Source: Polyangiales bacterium (GTDB lineage Bacteria > Myxococcota_A > Polyangia > Polyangiales > Polyangiaceae). Taken from it: a stretch of 64,000 nt of DNA. The position numbers and the translations under genes are program-made. The notes beneath the pieces are model-generated. The model ran no database searches and was not told the DNA's origin. It was given only the letters and a program-made list of their open reading frames with translations. The DNA lies in contig JBBRLQ010000005.1 of assembly GCA_038231275.1 (NCBI GenBank), positions 323,645-387,644 of the forward strand, in the 5' to 3' direction. Position 1 is the stretch's first letter. Each line of letters starts with the position of its first letter. This document shows, piece after piece, positions 45,120 through 54,695 of the stretch.

Positions 45120-47119
45120 GGCTTCTTGGACGCGGGCGCCGGCGCGCTCGGCAGCGGCGCCGGCGGTTCCGTCTTCGCCGCCGGTTGCGACGGGGCCACG
45201 AGGATCATGAGCCCCAACCCTCCGTCTGTCGGACGCCCCTTCACCGCGTCCCAGCCGACCGTCTCCGCGATCCCGTCGCGGTGCGACAGCGCCGCGAGCG
45301 CATGGACGACCGCGAACGCGCGCGCGAGCGACGCCTGCTGCCCCTCCGGCGTCTCCGCGGTCGGCTTGCTCGCGATCGCGAGCGTCCACTCGCGGTGCCG
45401 GTGCAGCTCCAGCGCCAGCGCGCGCAGGATCACGGTGCTCGACGCGTCGACCTCCTGCGCGTCGGCCGCGCCACTCAGCTTGATCGGCGCCGCGAGCTTC
45501 ACGACGAGCTTCGGATCCTTCGGATCGATGACGACGAGCGGCTTTCCGCCTTCGTCGGGGCAGCCGTCGTCGTCCTTCACGCCGTTGAAGACCTCGGCCT
45601 CGTTGGGGCACTGGTCCTTGTCGTTGTCGAACGTGTCGCCGTCCTTGTCGAGGTTGGGGCAGCCGTTCTTCGACGGATCGGTGGACGGCTCGCCGGCCTC
45701 GTTGGGGCATGCGTCGGTCTTGTCGCCGATGCCGTCGCCGTCGTTGTCGGGATCGGGGCAGCCGTCGCCGTCCTGGAAACCGTCCTTGTCCTCGGGCTGA
45801 TCGGGGCACTTGTCGAGATCGTCCCAGATCCCGTCTTCGTCGCGATCGTGCGCGGGGCAGCCATTTTTGGCCGGATCGTCGGAGTGCGGGCCCTTCTCGT
45901 TCTTGCACGCGTCGACGTCGTCGCCGATGCCGTCGCCGTCGGCGTCCTCGGCGGGGCAGCCGTTCTTCTTCGGATCGGAGCTCTCGACGCCCTTCACGCG
46001 CGGGCAGGCGTCTTCCCTGTCGATGATGCCGTCGTCGTCGTCGTCGATCTCCGGGCAGCCGTCGGCGTCCTCGAAGCCGTCTCGGTCCTCCGGGACATCC
46101 GGGCATTGGTCGACGTCGTCGGGCACGCCGTCGTGATCGAGATCGTGCTCGCGCGGAGCCCAGCCCAAGCCGACGACCGCGCGGAATGCCGGCACGCCGA
46201 CCGCGTCCGACAACCCGATGTCGACGCCGCCGAGCGCGTAGAAATCGCGCCCGTGGCCGAGGGCCCACCGATCGCTCACGTTGAGGAGGACCGGCGACTC
46301 CTTGGAGCTGCCAGGATCGCCCGCGCCGAAGGGTCCGACCGGTGTGGCCGGAAGCCAGCCGTGAAAAGAGATGTCCCAGCGCTGTCGGTTCTCGCTGTCG
46401 ATCTTGAGGATGCCGGGCTTGAGCGAGAGGCCCACGCTCCACGGGATGGTGTCCCCGAACGTGAAGCCGCCGACGTTCTTGTCCGGCCAGTCGCGGTTCG
46501 CCGTACGCGCGGTGTAGCCGAGGCTCGCCTGCGCCGAGGCGATGACGAGCGTGTATTCTGCAAGGAGTCGCGCGGTGGCGGTGAGCGAGCCCTCGCCGAG
46601 GAAGCTCGCCTTGTCGCCCGTCGGCAACGTCACGTTCGCGAGGCCGGCGAGGCCGAAGCCGCCGCCCGCGTTGTCGACGATCGCGACCTTGCCGTGCACG
46701 CCGAGATCGCCGATGCCGGTGCTCGGCACCGAGCCGGACGCGTGCACCTGCACGGGGAGGTTCGACGACCCGTCTTGGTAGAGGATGGTCGGGATGGAGA
46801 GGCCGACCGCGGCGCGCGACCCGAGGCCGAGCGACGCGATCATGTCGAGGCCGAGCGCCAGCTCCACCGGGCGGTACGCGACGCCGTTGGTCGCCGCGTC
46901 GCGCAGCGTGATCGGATGGTGCGTGTAGCTGACGAGCGCGCCGACGTTCCAGTTGCCGGCTCCCGGGGTCGACACCGGCTCGAGCACGAGGCCCGCCATC
47001 GGATCGGTCGAAGGCCGCCAGGTGCGCGCGTCGATCGACGGCAGCGATTGAGCGTGAGCGGCGGCGGAAAAGAAGGCCGTCGGGAGGATCAGGGCGAGAA
47101 AGGGCCAACCGCGTCGCAT
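45116..47119 (-). CDS. Outer-membrane protein: beta-barrel, thrombospondin type 3 repeats, divergent OmpA-like C-terminus
   Basis: Signal peptide; many DxDxDG..D.CP..DGCP repeats. Confidence 0.85.
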   Translation of the reverse strand: MRRGWPFLALILPTAFFSAAAHAQSLPSIDARTWRPSTDPMAGLVLEPVSTPGAGNWNVGALVSYTHHPITLRDAATNGVAYRPVELALGLDMIASLGLGSRAAVGLSIPTILYQDGSSNLPVQVHASGSVPSTGIGDLGVHGKVAIVDNAGGGFGLAGLANVTLPTGDKASFLGEGSLTATARLLAEYTLVIASAQASLGYTARTANRDWPDKNVGGFTFGDTIPWSVGLSLKPGILKIDSENRQRWDISFHGWLPATPVGPFGAGDPGSSKESPVLLNVSDRWALGHGRDFYALGGVDIGLSDAVGVPAFRAVVGLGWAPREHDLDHDGVPDDVDQCPDVPEDRDGFEDADGCPEIDDDDDGIIDREDACPRVKGVESSDPKKNGCPAEDADGDGIGDDVDACKNEKGPHSDDPAKNGCPAHDRDEDGIWDDLDKCPDQPEDKDGFQDGDGCPDPDNDGDGIGDKTDACPNEAGEPSTDPSKNGCPNLDKDGDTFDNDKDQCPNEAEVFNGVKDDDGCPDEGGKPLVVIDPKDPKLVVKLAAPIKLSGAADAQEVDASSTVILRALALELHRHREWTLAIASKPTAETPEGQQASLARAFAVVHALAALSHRDGIAETVGWDAVKGRPTDGGLGLMILVAPSQPAAKTEPPAPLPSAPAPASKKP

Positions 47120-47162
47120 GTTTGGCCCCGGAGGGTACCCGATTCGAAGAGGCCTCTGCGTC

Positions 47163-49310
47163 TCAATTGCTGAGGAGGACCGTGCCGCTGACGGCGGCCT
47201 CGGGAGGCACGGGCGTCGCGACCTGCTGCCCATGCCCGCCGTTGCCGTTGCCGCTTCCATTGCCGTTGCCGTTTCCGTGGCCGTTCCCGTTCGCGTCGAC
47301 CTCGCGGGTCTCGCGGCCGCTCTGGCGCTCGCGCCATCGCTTGATGGAGCCGCTCAGCACGTCGCCGATGAGCGTGCGGTAGGCGATCTTCGCGCCGTTC
47401 GCGATGAGGCAGAGATCGCTGTAGTCCGGCGTGAGGCCGGGCAGCGGGTTCACCTCGATGATGTAGATGCGACCTTCGGGCGTGAGCCGCAGATCGATGC
47501 GCGCGACGTCGCGGCAGCCGAGCGCCATGAACGTCGTCCGACAGACCTTCTCCATCGCGCGGAGCTCGTCCTTCGTCAGGTTGGCGGGGACCTCGTAGCG
47601 GACGTGGCTCTCCCAGTCCTGCTTGCACTCGTAGTCGTAGACCGGGCGCGGCGTGGGCTTGAGGAACACGACTTCCATTGGAGGCAGCACGCGCGGGCGC
47701 TTCTCGCCGAGGAGGCCGACGGTGAACTCGCGGCCGAAGATGTACTCCTCGACGAGCGCGGGCTGGCCGTAGCGCTCGATGAGCTCACGCGCGACCTCGC
47801 GGACGCGGGCCTCGTCGTCGCACACGCTCTTCTGGGTGATGCCCTTGCTCGTGCCCTCTTGGTTGGGCTTCACGATGACCGGGTACTTGAACGCGCGGAG
47901 CTTCTCGCGGCCCGTGACGAGCACCTGAAACTCCGGCGTGTCGACGTCCTGCAGGATTTTCTTCGTGAGCGCCTTGTCGAGGCAGATGCTGAGCGTCGCC
48001 GAGTCGCTGCCGGTGTACGGCACGCCGAGGAGCTCGCACAGGTTCGGCACTTGGGCCTCGCGGTTTCTCCCGCTGATGCCCTCGGCGATGTTGAAGACGA
48101 CGTCCACGTTGCTGCTCATGAGCACGCGCGGAAAATCTTGGTTCGCCTCGAGCGGGACCACGACGTGGCCGAAGCTCTCGATCGCCTTGGAAATGGCCTC
48201 GATCGTCTTCGGCGAGTCGTATTCGGCCTCGCGATCGTCGCCGTCGTGTGACTCGATGCGCTTCACGTTGAAGGCGAAGCCGACGGTGAGCTGGGTCTTC
48301 TTGGAGCGCGGGCGCGATTTGGTCTCGAGCGCGGCGGTGAGGCCGACGCGCGCGGCGGCGGCGCGGAGGACGGCGAGGACGGTCTGGTCGTAGTCCATGC
48401 CGACCGCCGCGGCGCTGGCGAAGAGGGCCGTGTTGGGCTCGAAGCTCGGGATGGCCGTCGCCGAGAGGAACGTCACCTCCCCGTCGGGGCCGACGCGGAA
48501 GTCGAGCGCCGCGACGTCATGGAAGCCGAGGGCGGTGAACGCGCGCTCCGAAATCTCGCGCAGGCGCTCGTGGGCGCGCGGGGTGAGCTCCGCAGGCACG
48601 CGCGGCTTCATGAGGTGCTGCTTCGGGTGCGAGATCGTGAAATCGAGGACGCTCCAGCGCCGCTCGTACGACGGATCGACGACGATCTCGACGGGCGGCA
48701 TCGCCGGCGCGCCGTCCACCTTCACCACGCGGACGTCGATGCCGGGGACATAGCGCTCGACGAGGACGCCGTCGGGATAGCGGCCGAGCACGTCCTCGAG
48801 GACGCGGGTGAGCTCGTGGGCGTCCTCGGCGACGCTCGCTTGGGAGATGCCCTTGGAGGAGCCCTCGAAGTTCGGCTTCACCAGCACCGGGAAATGAAGC
48901 TCGTCGAGGCCGCCGCTCTTGAGGCTCGCCTTGGTGAGGAAGCGGCCGCGCGGGCTCGCGACGCCGAAGCCGGCGAGGATCTTCTTGGTCATCGCTTTGT
49001 CGAGCGTGACGCAGAGCGTGTACGGATCGCTGCCGGTGTACGGGAGCCCCAGCTCCTCGAAGAGCGCCGGGTAGAAGCCGCGACGCATCTTGCCGCGCCG
49101 CCCCTCCGCCGTGTTGAACACGATGTCGGGCAAGAACGCCTCGAGCCGCGCGACCAGTCGCGACGCCGGACCCGTCACGTCGATCGTCTCGACGTGGTGC
49201 CCGACCTTCTCGAGCGCGCGGGCGATGGTGGCGATGGTCTCGGGGGAGTCGAACTCCGCTTCTTCTTCCGAGTCGTTGATGCGGAGGTTGTGCGTCAGTG
49301 CGATGCGCAT
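47163..49310 (-). CDS. Tandem double D-Ala-D-Ala ligase-like ATP-grasp protein
   Basis: Two copies of EAE(F/Y)DSP..VFN.AEG..PYTGSD..DKA..KPN.EG.SKGI. Only the second has ARIDLR and EVNPLPG. Confidence 0.88.
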   Translation of the reverse strand: MRIALTHNLRINDSEEEAEFDSPETIATIARALEKVGHHVETIDVTGPASRLVARLEAFLPDIVFNTAEGRRGKMRRGFYPALFEELGLPYTGSDPYTLCVTLDKAMTKKILAGFGVASPRGRFLTKASLKSGGLDELHFPVLVKPNFEGSSKGISQASVAEDAHELTRVLEDVLGRYPDGVLVERYVPGIDVRVVKVDGAPAMPPVEIVVDPSYERRWSVLDFTISHPKQHLMKPRVPAELTPRAHERLREISERAFTALGFHDVAALDFRVGPDGEVTFLSATAIPSFEPNTALFASAAAVGMDYDQTVLAVLRAAAARVGLTAALETKSRPRSKKTQLTVGFAFNVKRIESHDGDDREAEYDSPKTIEAISKAIESFGHVVVPLEANQDFPRVLMSSNVDVVFNIAEGISGRNREAQVPNLCELLGVPYTGSDSATLSICLDKALTKKILQDVDTPEFQVLVTGREKLRAFKYPVIVKPNQEGTSKGITQKSVCDDEARVREVARELIERYGQPALVEEYIFGREFTVGLLGEKRPRVLPPMEVVFLKPTPRPVYDYECKQDWESHVRYEVPANLTKDELRAMEKVCRTTFMALGCRDVARIDLRLTPEGRIYIIEVNPLPGLTPDYSDLCLIANGAKIAYRTLIGDVLSGSIKRWRERQSGRETREVDANGNGHGNGNGNGSGNGNGGHGQQVATPVPPEAAVSGTVLLSN

Positions 49311-49406
49311 TGAGATCTTGGTTAATACGAGTGCACGCCCAGGGGAAGGAACAAGCGACGCGCGCGCACGCGAAAAGCGCATGAAAAGCCGGGCGCCGCG
49401 CGACGT

Positions 49407-49473
49407 CGGTGGAGAGCCGGTGGAGAGCCGGTGGACAACCGAGGGGCAACCGAGGGGCAACTCGGACGGCAAC
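49407..49473. repeat. Degenerate 11-bp tandem repeat array
   Basis: CGGTGGAGAGC x2, CGGTGGACAAC, CGAGGGGCAAC x2, TCGGACGGCAAC. Confidence 0.8.
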
Positions 49474-49505
49474 TCGGGAAGCGCGGATCCCCTCGGGTGC
49501 GATCG

Positions 49506-49895
49506 CTAAACGTGGGCGCGCGCCAGTTGGGGAATGTTCGCGAAGTGAGCGTCCTTCGAGCAAAGGAGAAGGTCGTTCTGGATCGCGAGTGCCGCGATCC
49601 AGAGATCGTTCGTCGGAATCGGCGTTCCGGCCTTCCGTAGCGCGGCGTAGATCGCGGCGTAGTGATGGGTGGTTTGCTCGTCGGCGTACGCGATTTCTAC
49701 GCGCGGCGACTGTAAGAAGAGGACGAGGCCCGCTTCGTTCTTCATTCCGGCCTTGCCTGCCGCAAAACCCGCCCGAAGCTCGGCGACGACGACGAAGGGG
49801 AGCCAAATCTCGTCGGCGGCGGTGATGACGCTCCTGACCCGACGATCGTTGCGTGCCGCGTCGCTGTAGGCGTTCGTGTCGAGCGCGATCCTCAC
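49506..49895 (-). CDS. vapC: VapC/PIN-domain toxin
   Basis: IALDTNAY, VVAEL, IPTNDLWIAA, SKDAHF. Confidence 0.92.
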   Translation of the reverse strand: MRIALDTNAYSDAARNDRRVRSVITAADEIWLPFVVVAELRAGFAAGKAGMKNEAGLVLFLQSPRVEIAYADEQTTHHYAAIYAALRKAGTPIPTNDLWIAALAIQNDLLLCSKDAHFANIPQLARAHV

Positions 49896-50143
49896 TTCCA
49901 GAGATCCTCGTCGATGCGGCGCTGCTCGCGCAGTGCGCGATCGACGGCGGGGTCGGCGACCCACGAGCCGAAGAAGGCGTCGAGGTCGTGTCTCGCGTCT
50001 GCCGTGACGTTCGCCGCCTTCGTGAGCGCGTCGAGGGCGACGGCATTGAGGCTGCGCCGCGAACGGGCCGCTTTCTTTCGCAGCGCCTGGTCGACCGCGG
50101 CGGGGACGTTGCGGATGGTGTACTGGTGTTCGCCTCGACGCAT
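49892..50143 (-). CDS. FitA-like ribbon-helix-helix antitoxin
   Basis: QYTIRNVPAAVDQALRKKAARSRRSLN; GTGA overlap with the toxin gene. Confidence 0.85.
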   Translation of the reverse strand: MRRGEHQYTIRNVPAAVDQALRKKAARSRRSLNAVALDALTKAANVTADARHDLDAFFGSWVADPAVDRALREQRRIDEDLWK

Positions 50144-50239
50144 GCCTACATAATAGGCATGGATGCAGGCACACGCTAGGCAAAAGCTCCCGCGAAGGCC
50201 GGGGTTGGCGACGCCGGGCGGGTCGCGTATAGCCATCGC

Positions 50240-51808
50240 GTGGGGCTCGGAATCGATTTCGGAACGACGCGCACCGTGGTCGCTTACGCCGACCGCGGGA
50301 ACTATCCGGTCGTGAGCTTCGACGGGCCGCACGGCGACGCCGTCGAGTGGTTCCCGTCGGTGGTCGCCGAGCGCGGCGGAGAGCTTCGCTTCGGCTTCGA
50401 CGCGCTCGCGGTCGCCGACGATCCGAGCTTCTCGCAGGTCCGCTCGTTCAAGCGATTGCTCGGCGGGAGCGACGTCACCGCCACCGGCGAGATCCTCGTC
50501 GGCTCGATTCGGCTGCCGATCGCGGAGCTGGTCGCCCGGTTCATCGCCGCTTTCGCCGCGGCGCTTCGCACCACGTCGAATTTGCCGAAGGCGCTGCGCA
50601 AGGCCTCGGAGCTCGACGCGGTCGTCGCCGCGCCGGCCAATGCATTCTGCACGCAACGGTTCGTGACGCTCGACGCCTTCCGGCGCGCAGGCTTCGTCGT
50701 GCGGGCGATGCTGAACGAGCCGTCGGCCGCCGGCTTCGAGTACGCGCACCGCCACGCGCGCACGATCACGTCGAGGCGCGAGCACGTCATCGTCTATGAC
50801 CTGGGTGGAGGCACGTTCGACGCGTCGCTCGTGCGGATGAGCGGCACGCACCACGACGTCGTCGCGACCGCGGGGCTCGCCGCGCTCGGAGGGGACGACT
50901 TCGATCGCGTGCTCGCGGAGCAAGCCGCGAAGCAGGCGAAGATCGATCTGAACGCGCTCGGCACGCACGCGCTCGCGCGGCTCCTCGATCATTGCCGCGA
51001 CGCGAAAGAGGCGCTCGGCCCGAGCTCCCGCAAAATCGCGCTGGATCTCGAGGCGTGCCTCGGCGACGCCGCCCCTGTGCGCGAGCTGTCGTTGCCGGTG
51101 AGCGACTACTACGACGCGTGTGCGCCGCTCGTCGAACGCACCGTCGAGGTCTTGCGCAGCGTGACCGAGCCCGAGGGGATTGGAGAGGCGGCATCCGACG
51201 ATCCGCTGGCGGCCGACGTCGCCGGTCTCTACGTGGTCGGCGGAGCGAGCGCGCTTCCCGTGGTCGGGCGCGTCTTGCGCGCGTCGTTCGGGAGGCGCGT
51301 GCACCGATCGCCGTACCCCCACGCCGCCGTGTGCATCGGCCTCGCGAACGCGAGCGACGGCGAGACCGGGTTCCTCCTCGACGATCGCTTTTCCCGGAAT
51401 TTTGGCGTCTTCCGCGAGGCCGAAGGCGGCGACAAGTCCACGTACGATCCCATCTTCACGCGCGAGATGCCGCTTCCGCGCCCCGGCGATCCGCCGATCA
51501 CCGTGCGTCGCCGTTACCGCGCCGCCCACGATCTCGGGCACTTTCGCTTTTTCGAGTGCGCGGCGTTCGACGGCGAGGGCAACCCGCGCGGCGACATCGC
51601 GCCGATCACGGACGTGCTCTTCCCGTTCGACACGAAGCTGCGCCAGGGCGCCGTCGACCTCCGCGGGGTGCCCGTGCATCGCCTCGAGAGCGAAGGCCCG
51701 GTCGTCGAGGAGAGCTACGCCGTCGACGCGAACGGGATGGTGCAGGTCACGATCACCGATCTGGACTGCGGCTTCTCGCGCACGCACCCGCTCGGCGCCG
51801 CCGGCTGA
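50240..51808 (+). CDS. Atypical Hsp70-family protein (ATPase domain plus short C-terminal domain)
   Basis: GIDFGTT, NEPSAA, VYDLGGGTFD, LGGDDFD, VVGGAS. Confidence 0.9.
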   Translation: MGLGIDFGTTRTVVAYADRGNYPVVSFDGPHGDAVEWFPSVVAERGGELRFGFDALAVADDPSFSQVRSFKRLLGGSDVTATGEILVGSIRLPIAELVARFIAAFAAALRTTSNLPKALRKASELDAVVAAPANAFCTQRFVTLDAFRRAGFVVRAMLNEPSAAGFEYAHRHARTITSRREHVIVYDLGGGTFDASLVRMSGTHHDVVATAGLAALGGDDFDRVLAEQAAKQAKIDLNALGTHALARLLDHCRDAKEALGPSSRKIALDLEACLGDAAPVRELSLPVSDYYDACAPLVERTVEVLRSVTEPEGIGEAASDDPLAADVAGLYVVGGASALPVVGRVLRASFGRRVHRSPYPHAAVCIGLANASDGETGFLLDDRFSRNFGVFREAEGGDKSTYDPIFTREMPLPRPGDPPITVRRRYRAAHDLGHFRFFECAAFDGEGNPRGDIAPITDVLFPFDTKLRQGAVDLRGVPVHRLESEGPVVEESYAVDANGMVQVTITDLDCGFSRTHPLGAAG

Positions 51809-51916
51809 TTTGCCGGATATTGCAACCTTCCGCCCTACGGACGCCTCTCGACGCCGCGGGAAAGCGACCCTCCGGCCTCCGTCCAGACGCGGCCGGTCGC
51901 GAAGCCGTTGTTCGGA

Positions 51917-52588
51917 TCACGGATCTCGGCTGCGGGTTTTCGCGAACCCACGTGCTTGGAGCCACCGGCTGAAGAGGAAGGCGGCCGCCATCGCGACCAC
52001 GCCGGCGCCGACCCACAGCCACGCGGTGGGCGGGAGGTTCTTCATCCAGACGAGCATCTTCTCGCCGAAGTAGCTCACCGCGAGGAGCGGCGGGATGTAC
52101 CCGAGCAGAGAGCCCCAGAAGTGCGTCGAGAAGCGAACCTTGGAGACGCCGAAGAAGGCGTGCAGGAGCGGTGGCATCCAGAAGACGAGGCGCAGGAGGA
52201 CGACGGTCTGGAACGCGCGCTGGGCCAGCGCGTCGTCGTACTTGCGGAAGCGCGCGGGGATCTTCGACTCGACGAAGTCGCGGGCGACGAAGCGCGCGAA
52301 CGAGAAGCCCACGACGCTGGCGGCCATCGTCCCTGCCATCGAGAGGCCGAACGCGGTCGGCCACGGCCAGATGAGCGGCGCCGCGAAGATGAACACGGTG
52401 CCGGGGACGCCGAACGGCTGGAGCGCTGCGTACGCCGCGACGAACGCCACGTAGCCCCACGGGCCAAGCTCGACCAGCGTCTGCTTCGCGCGCGCCGGAT
52501 CGCGGAATTCGTCGATGAGCCCGAAATGCCACGAGAGCGCGAGGATCGTGACCACCAAGACGACGGCGGCGATCTTCGCGTTTCGCAT
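51917..52588 (-). CDS. TVP38/TMEM64 (DedA/VTT) membrane protein
   Basis: PFGVPGTVF, FSFARFVARDFV, VVLLRL; multiple TM segments. Confidence 0.88.
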   Translation of the reverse strand: MRNAKIAAVVLVVTILALSWHFGLIDEFRDPARAKQTLVELGPWGYVAFVAAYAALQPFGVPGTVFIFAAPLIWPWPTAFGLSMAGTMAASVVGFSFARFVARDFVESKIPARFRKYDDALAQRAFQTVVLLRLVFWMPPLLHAFFGVSKVRFSTHFWGSLLGYIPPLLAVSYFGEKMLVWMKNLPPTAWLWVGAGVVAMAAAFLFSRWLQARGFAKTRSRDP

Positions 52589-52609
52589 GGACGTGCGAGC
52601 GGGCGCGCG

Positions 52610-53281
52610 TTACTCGGCGTCGCCCGACGCGAGCGGGAGAACCATCGCCAGGCCCTCGGGCAGCGCATGGGCCATGCGCGCGCGCTTGGCTTGCAGGTAC
52701 CCGATCGAGTGCGGGTTCGCGGGGACGATGACGGGCAGTCGCCCGCTGACGATCACGTCGAGCGCCGCGAGCGCGCGGACCTTCTCGGGGTTGTTCGTCA
52801 TGAGGCGCACGCTCTTCACGTCGAAGGCGTCGAGCATGTCGCGCGCGACGTCATAGCGGCGTGCGTCGTCGGGGAGCCCGAGGAGGCGGTTCGCGTCGAC
52901 GGTATCGGCGCCGCGTGACTGGAGATCGTACGCCCGGATTTTGTTCGCGAGGCCGATGCCGCGCCCCTCTTGGCGCAAGTAGAGGACAGCGCCGGCGCCG
53001 CGACGCGCGACCTCGCTCATCGCCGCGTCGAGCTGGTCTTTGCAATCGCATTTCAGCGAACCGAAGACCTCGCTCGTGATGCACTCGGAGTGGATGCGGA
53101 TCGGCACGTCCGACTTTCCGCGGATATCTCCGTAGACGAGGGCGACGTGCTCTTTCACGTCACCGCTCTCGTCCGTGCTCTGGAAGACGTGTGTATCGAA
53201 CTGGCCGTGTCGCGTGGGGATCTTCGCCGACGCGACCAACTTGGCGTGGTGAGGCCGGATCACCCCGTGGGGGACGTGCAT
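52610..53281 (-). CDS. ribA: GTP cyclohydrolase II
   Basis: RIHSECITSEVFGSLKCDC, YLRQEGRGIGL, LMTNNPEK. Confidence 0.95.
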   Translation of the reverse strand: MHVPHGVIRPHHAKLVASAKIPTRHGQFDTHVFQSTDESGDVKEHVALVYGDIRGKSDVPIRIHSECITSEVFGSLKCDCKDQLDAAMSEVARRGAGAVLYLRQEGRGIGLANKIRAYDLQSRGADTVDANRLLGLPDDARRYDVARDMLDAFDVKSVRLMTNNPEKVRALAALDVIVSGRLPVIVPANPHSIGYLQAKRARMAHALPEGLAMVLPLASGDAE

Positions 53282-53456
53282 CTCAGGTATCTCCGTTTCT
53301 TCTTTTACTGACGCTGCTCTGGCGCGCTCTACCCTTCGGATGCCGGGCGCGCGCCCTTCGTTGTGAATGTAAGGCTTGTTTCGCGAAGGACCATGGCTTC
53401 GCATAGCTTCGACCTTGCTGCAAGTCTGCTAGAAAATCCGTATAGTTACGGCGCCA

Positions 53457-54695
53457 ATGGCGGAGAACTCAGGTCGACCGAAGCGAGGGGCTTTGCCGCC
53501 GCTCGTGCGCGCGCTGGGCTGGGTGTCGTTCTTCACGGACGCGGCGACGGACCTCATCTATCCGCTCCTGCCTGCGTTCCTGAAGTCGCTGGGCGCGGGT
53601 GGCGCGGCGCTCGGGATCGTCGAAGGCGTCGCGGAGAGCGTCGGTGCGTTCGTCAAGTGGCAGGCCGGCACGCGGAGCGACTCGTTCGCGCGGAAGAAGC
53701 CGTTCGTCGTCGCCGGGTACACGATCGCGACGTTCGTGCGGCCGCTCCTCGCGCTGGCCACGGCGCCTTGGCACGTCGTCCTCGTGCGGACCGTGGATCG
53801 CTTCGGGAAGGGCATCCGCTCGGCGCCGCGCGACGCGCTCATCACCGGCGCCGTGGATCCGTCGGAGAGGGCGGCGGCGTTCGGGTACCAGCAGATGATG
53901 GACAACGCGGGGGCCGTATTGGGGCCGCTCGTCGCGTTCACGCTTACGCGGGTCTTCGAGCTGCCGATCCGGACGGTGTTCGCGTGGGCGATCGTGCCGG
54001 GGCTGTGCGCGCTGGCGATGTTGATCGTGCGGGTGGAGGAGACACCGGCACCGACTCCGGGTCCGACGCCGACGCCGAGTCTGGGTCCGACTCCGACGCC
54101 GACTCTGGGGCCGATTCCGACTCCGGCTCTCACACCGACTCCGCTTCCGAAGCCGCTTCGGGTGTACCTCGGGCTCGTGGGGCTGTTCACGCTCGGGGCG
54201 TCGGCGGATTCGTTCTTGCTCCTGCGGATCAACGATCTCGGGCTCGACGCTGCGTGGCTGCCGATCGTGTGGCTGTCGCTCAACCTGACCAAGTCGCTCA
54301 CGAACATGCCGGGGGGGCGGCTCGCGGATCGGATCGGGCGGGCACGGACGCTGACCTTCGCCTGGCTCGTGTACGCGGCGGCGTATCTGGCGTTTCCGCT
54401 CACGCAGTCGGTCACGGTGACGTGGGGGCTCATCCTCTTCTATGGGGTTTATTACGGGCTCGCGGAGGGGGCCGAGAAGGCGATCGTCGCCGACATGGCG
54501 CCCAAGGATTCGCGCGGGCGGGCGTTCGGGGCGCTGCACGCGATCACGGGGCTCGCCGTGCTGCCGGCGAACGCGCTCTTCGGGCTGCTCTATGGGATGA
54601 AGCTCCAGGGCGTCGCGTTCGGCGCCAGCGCGGCGTGCGCGGGGCTCGCGGCGATTGGGCTCTTCGTCGCGACGCCGCGGCACGCGCCGGGCTGA
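53457..54695 (+). CDS. MFS transporter with (PT)-rich central loop
   Basis: DRFGKGIRSAPRDALI, GRLADRIGR; many TM segments. Confidence 0.92.
   Translation: MAENSGRPKRGALPPLVRALGWVSFFTDAATDLIYPLLPAFLKSLGAGGAALGIVEGVAESVGAFVKWQAGTRSDSFARKKPFVVAGYTIATFVRPLLALATAPWHVVLVRTVDRFGKGIRSAPRDALITGAVDPSERAAAFGYQQMMDNAGAVLGPLVAFTLTRVFELPIRTVFAWAIVPGLCALAMLIVRVEETPAPTPGPTPTPSLGPTPTPTLGPIPTPALTPTPLPKPLRVYLGLVGLFTLGASADSFLLLRINDLGLDAAWLPIVWLSLNLTKSLTNMPGGRLADRIGRARTLTFAWLVYAAAYLAFPLTQSVTVTWGLILFYGVYYGLAEGAEKAIVADMAPKDSRGRAFGALHAITGLAVLPANALFGLLYGMKLQGVAFGASAACAGLAAIGLFVATPRHAPG

Noticed and set aside
45570..46150. DNA repeat array
   Set aside because: Explained by protein-level thrombospondin type 3 repeats.
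42960..47108. 1382-aa ORF, and likewise the 1219-aa ORF at 59357-63016
   Set aside because: Only the 3' parts are real (HEAT protein from 45119; holA from 60376). The rest overlaps other genes out of frame or antisense.
49407..49473. CRISPR array or oriC DnaA-box cluster
   Set aside because: No spacers, units are too short, only one DnaA-box-like 9-mer (GGTGGACAA), and no cas or dnaA gene.
51746..51972. Diversity-generating retroelement VR/TR pair
   Set aside because: Differences are not adenine-specific and no reverse transcriptase is present.
53282..53456. FMN riboswitch upstream of ribA
   Set aside because: No RFN consensus (AGGGCGGGGTGAAATTCCC-like) found on the sense strand.
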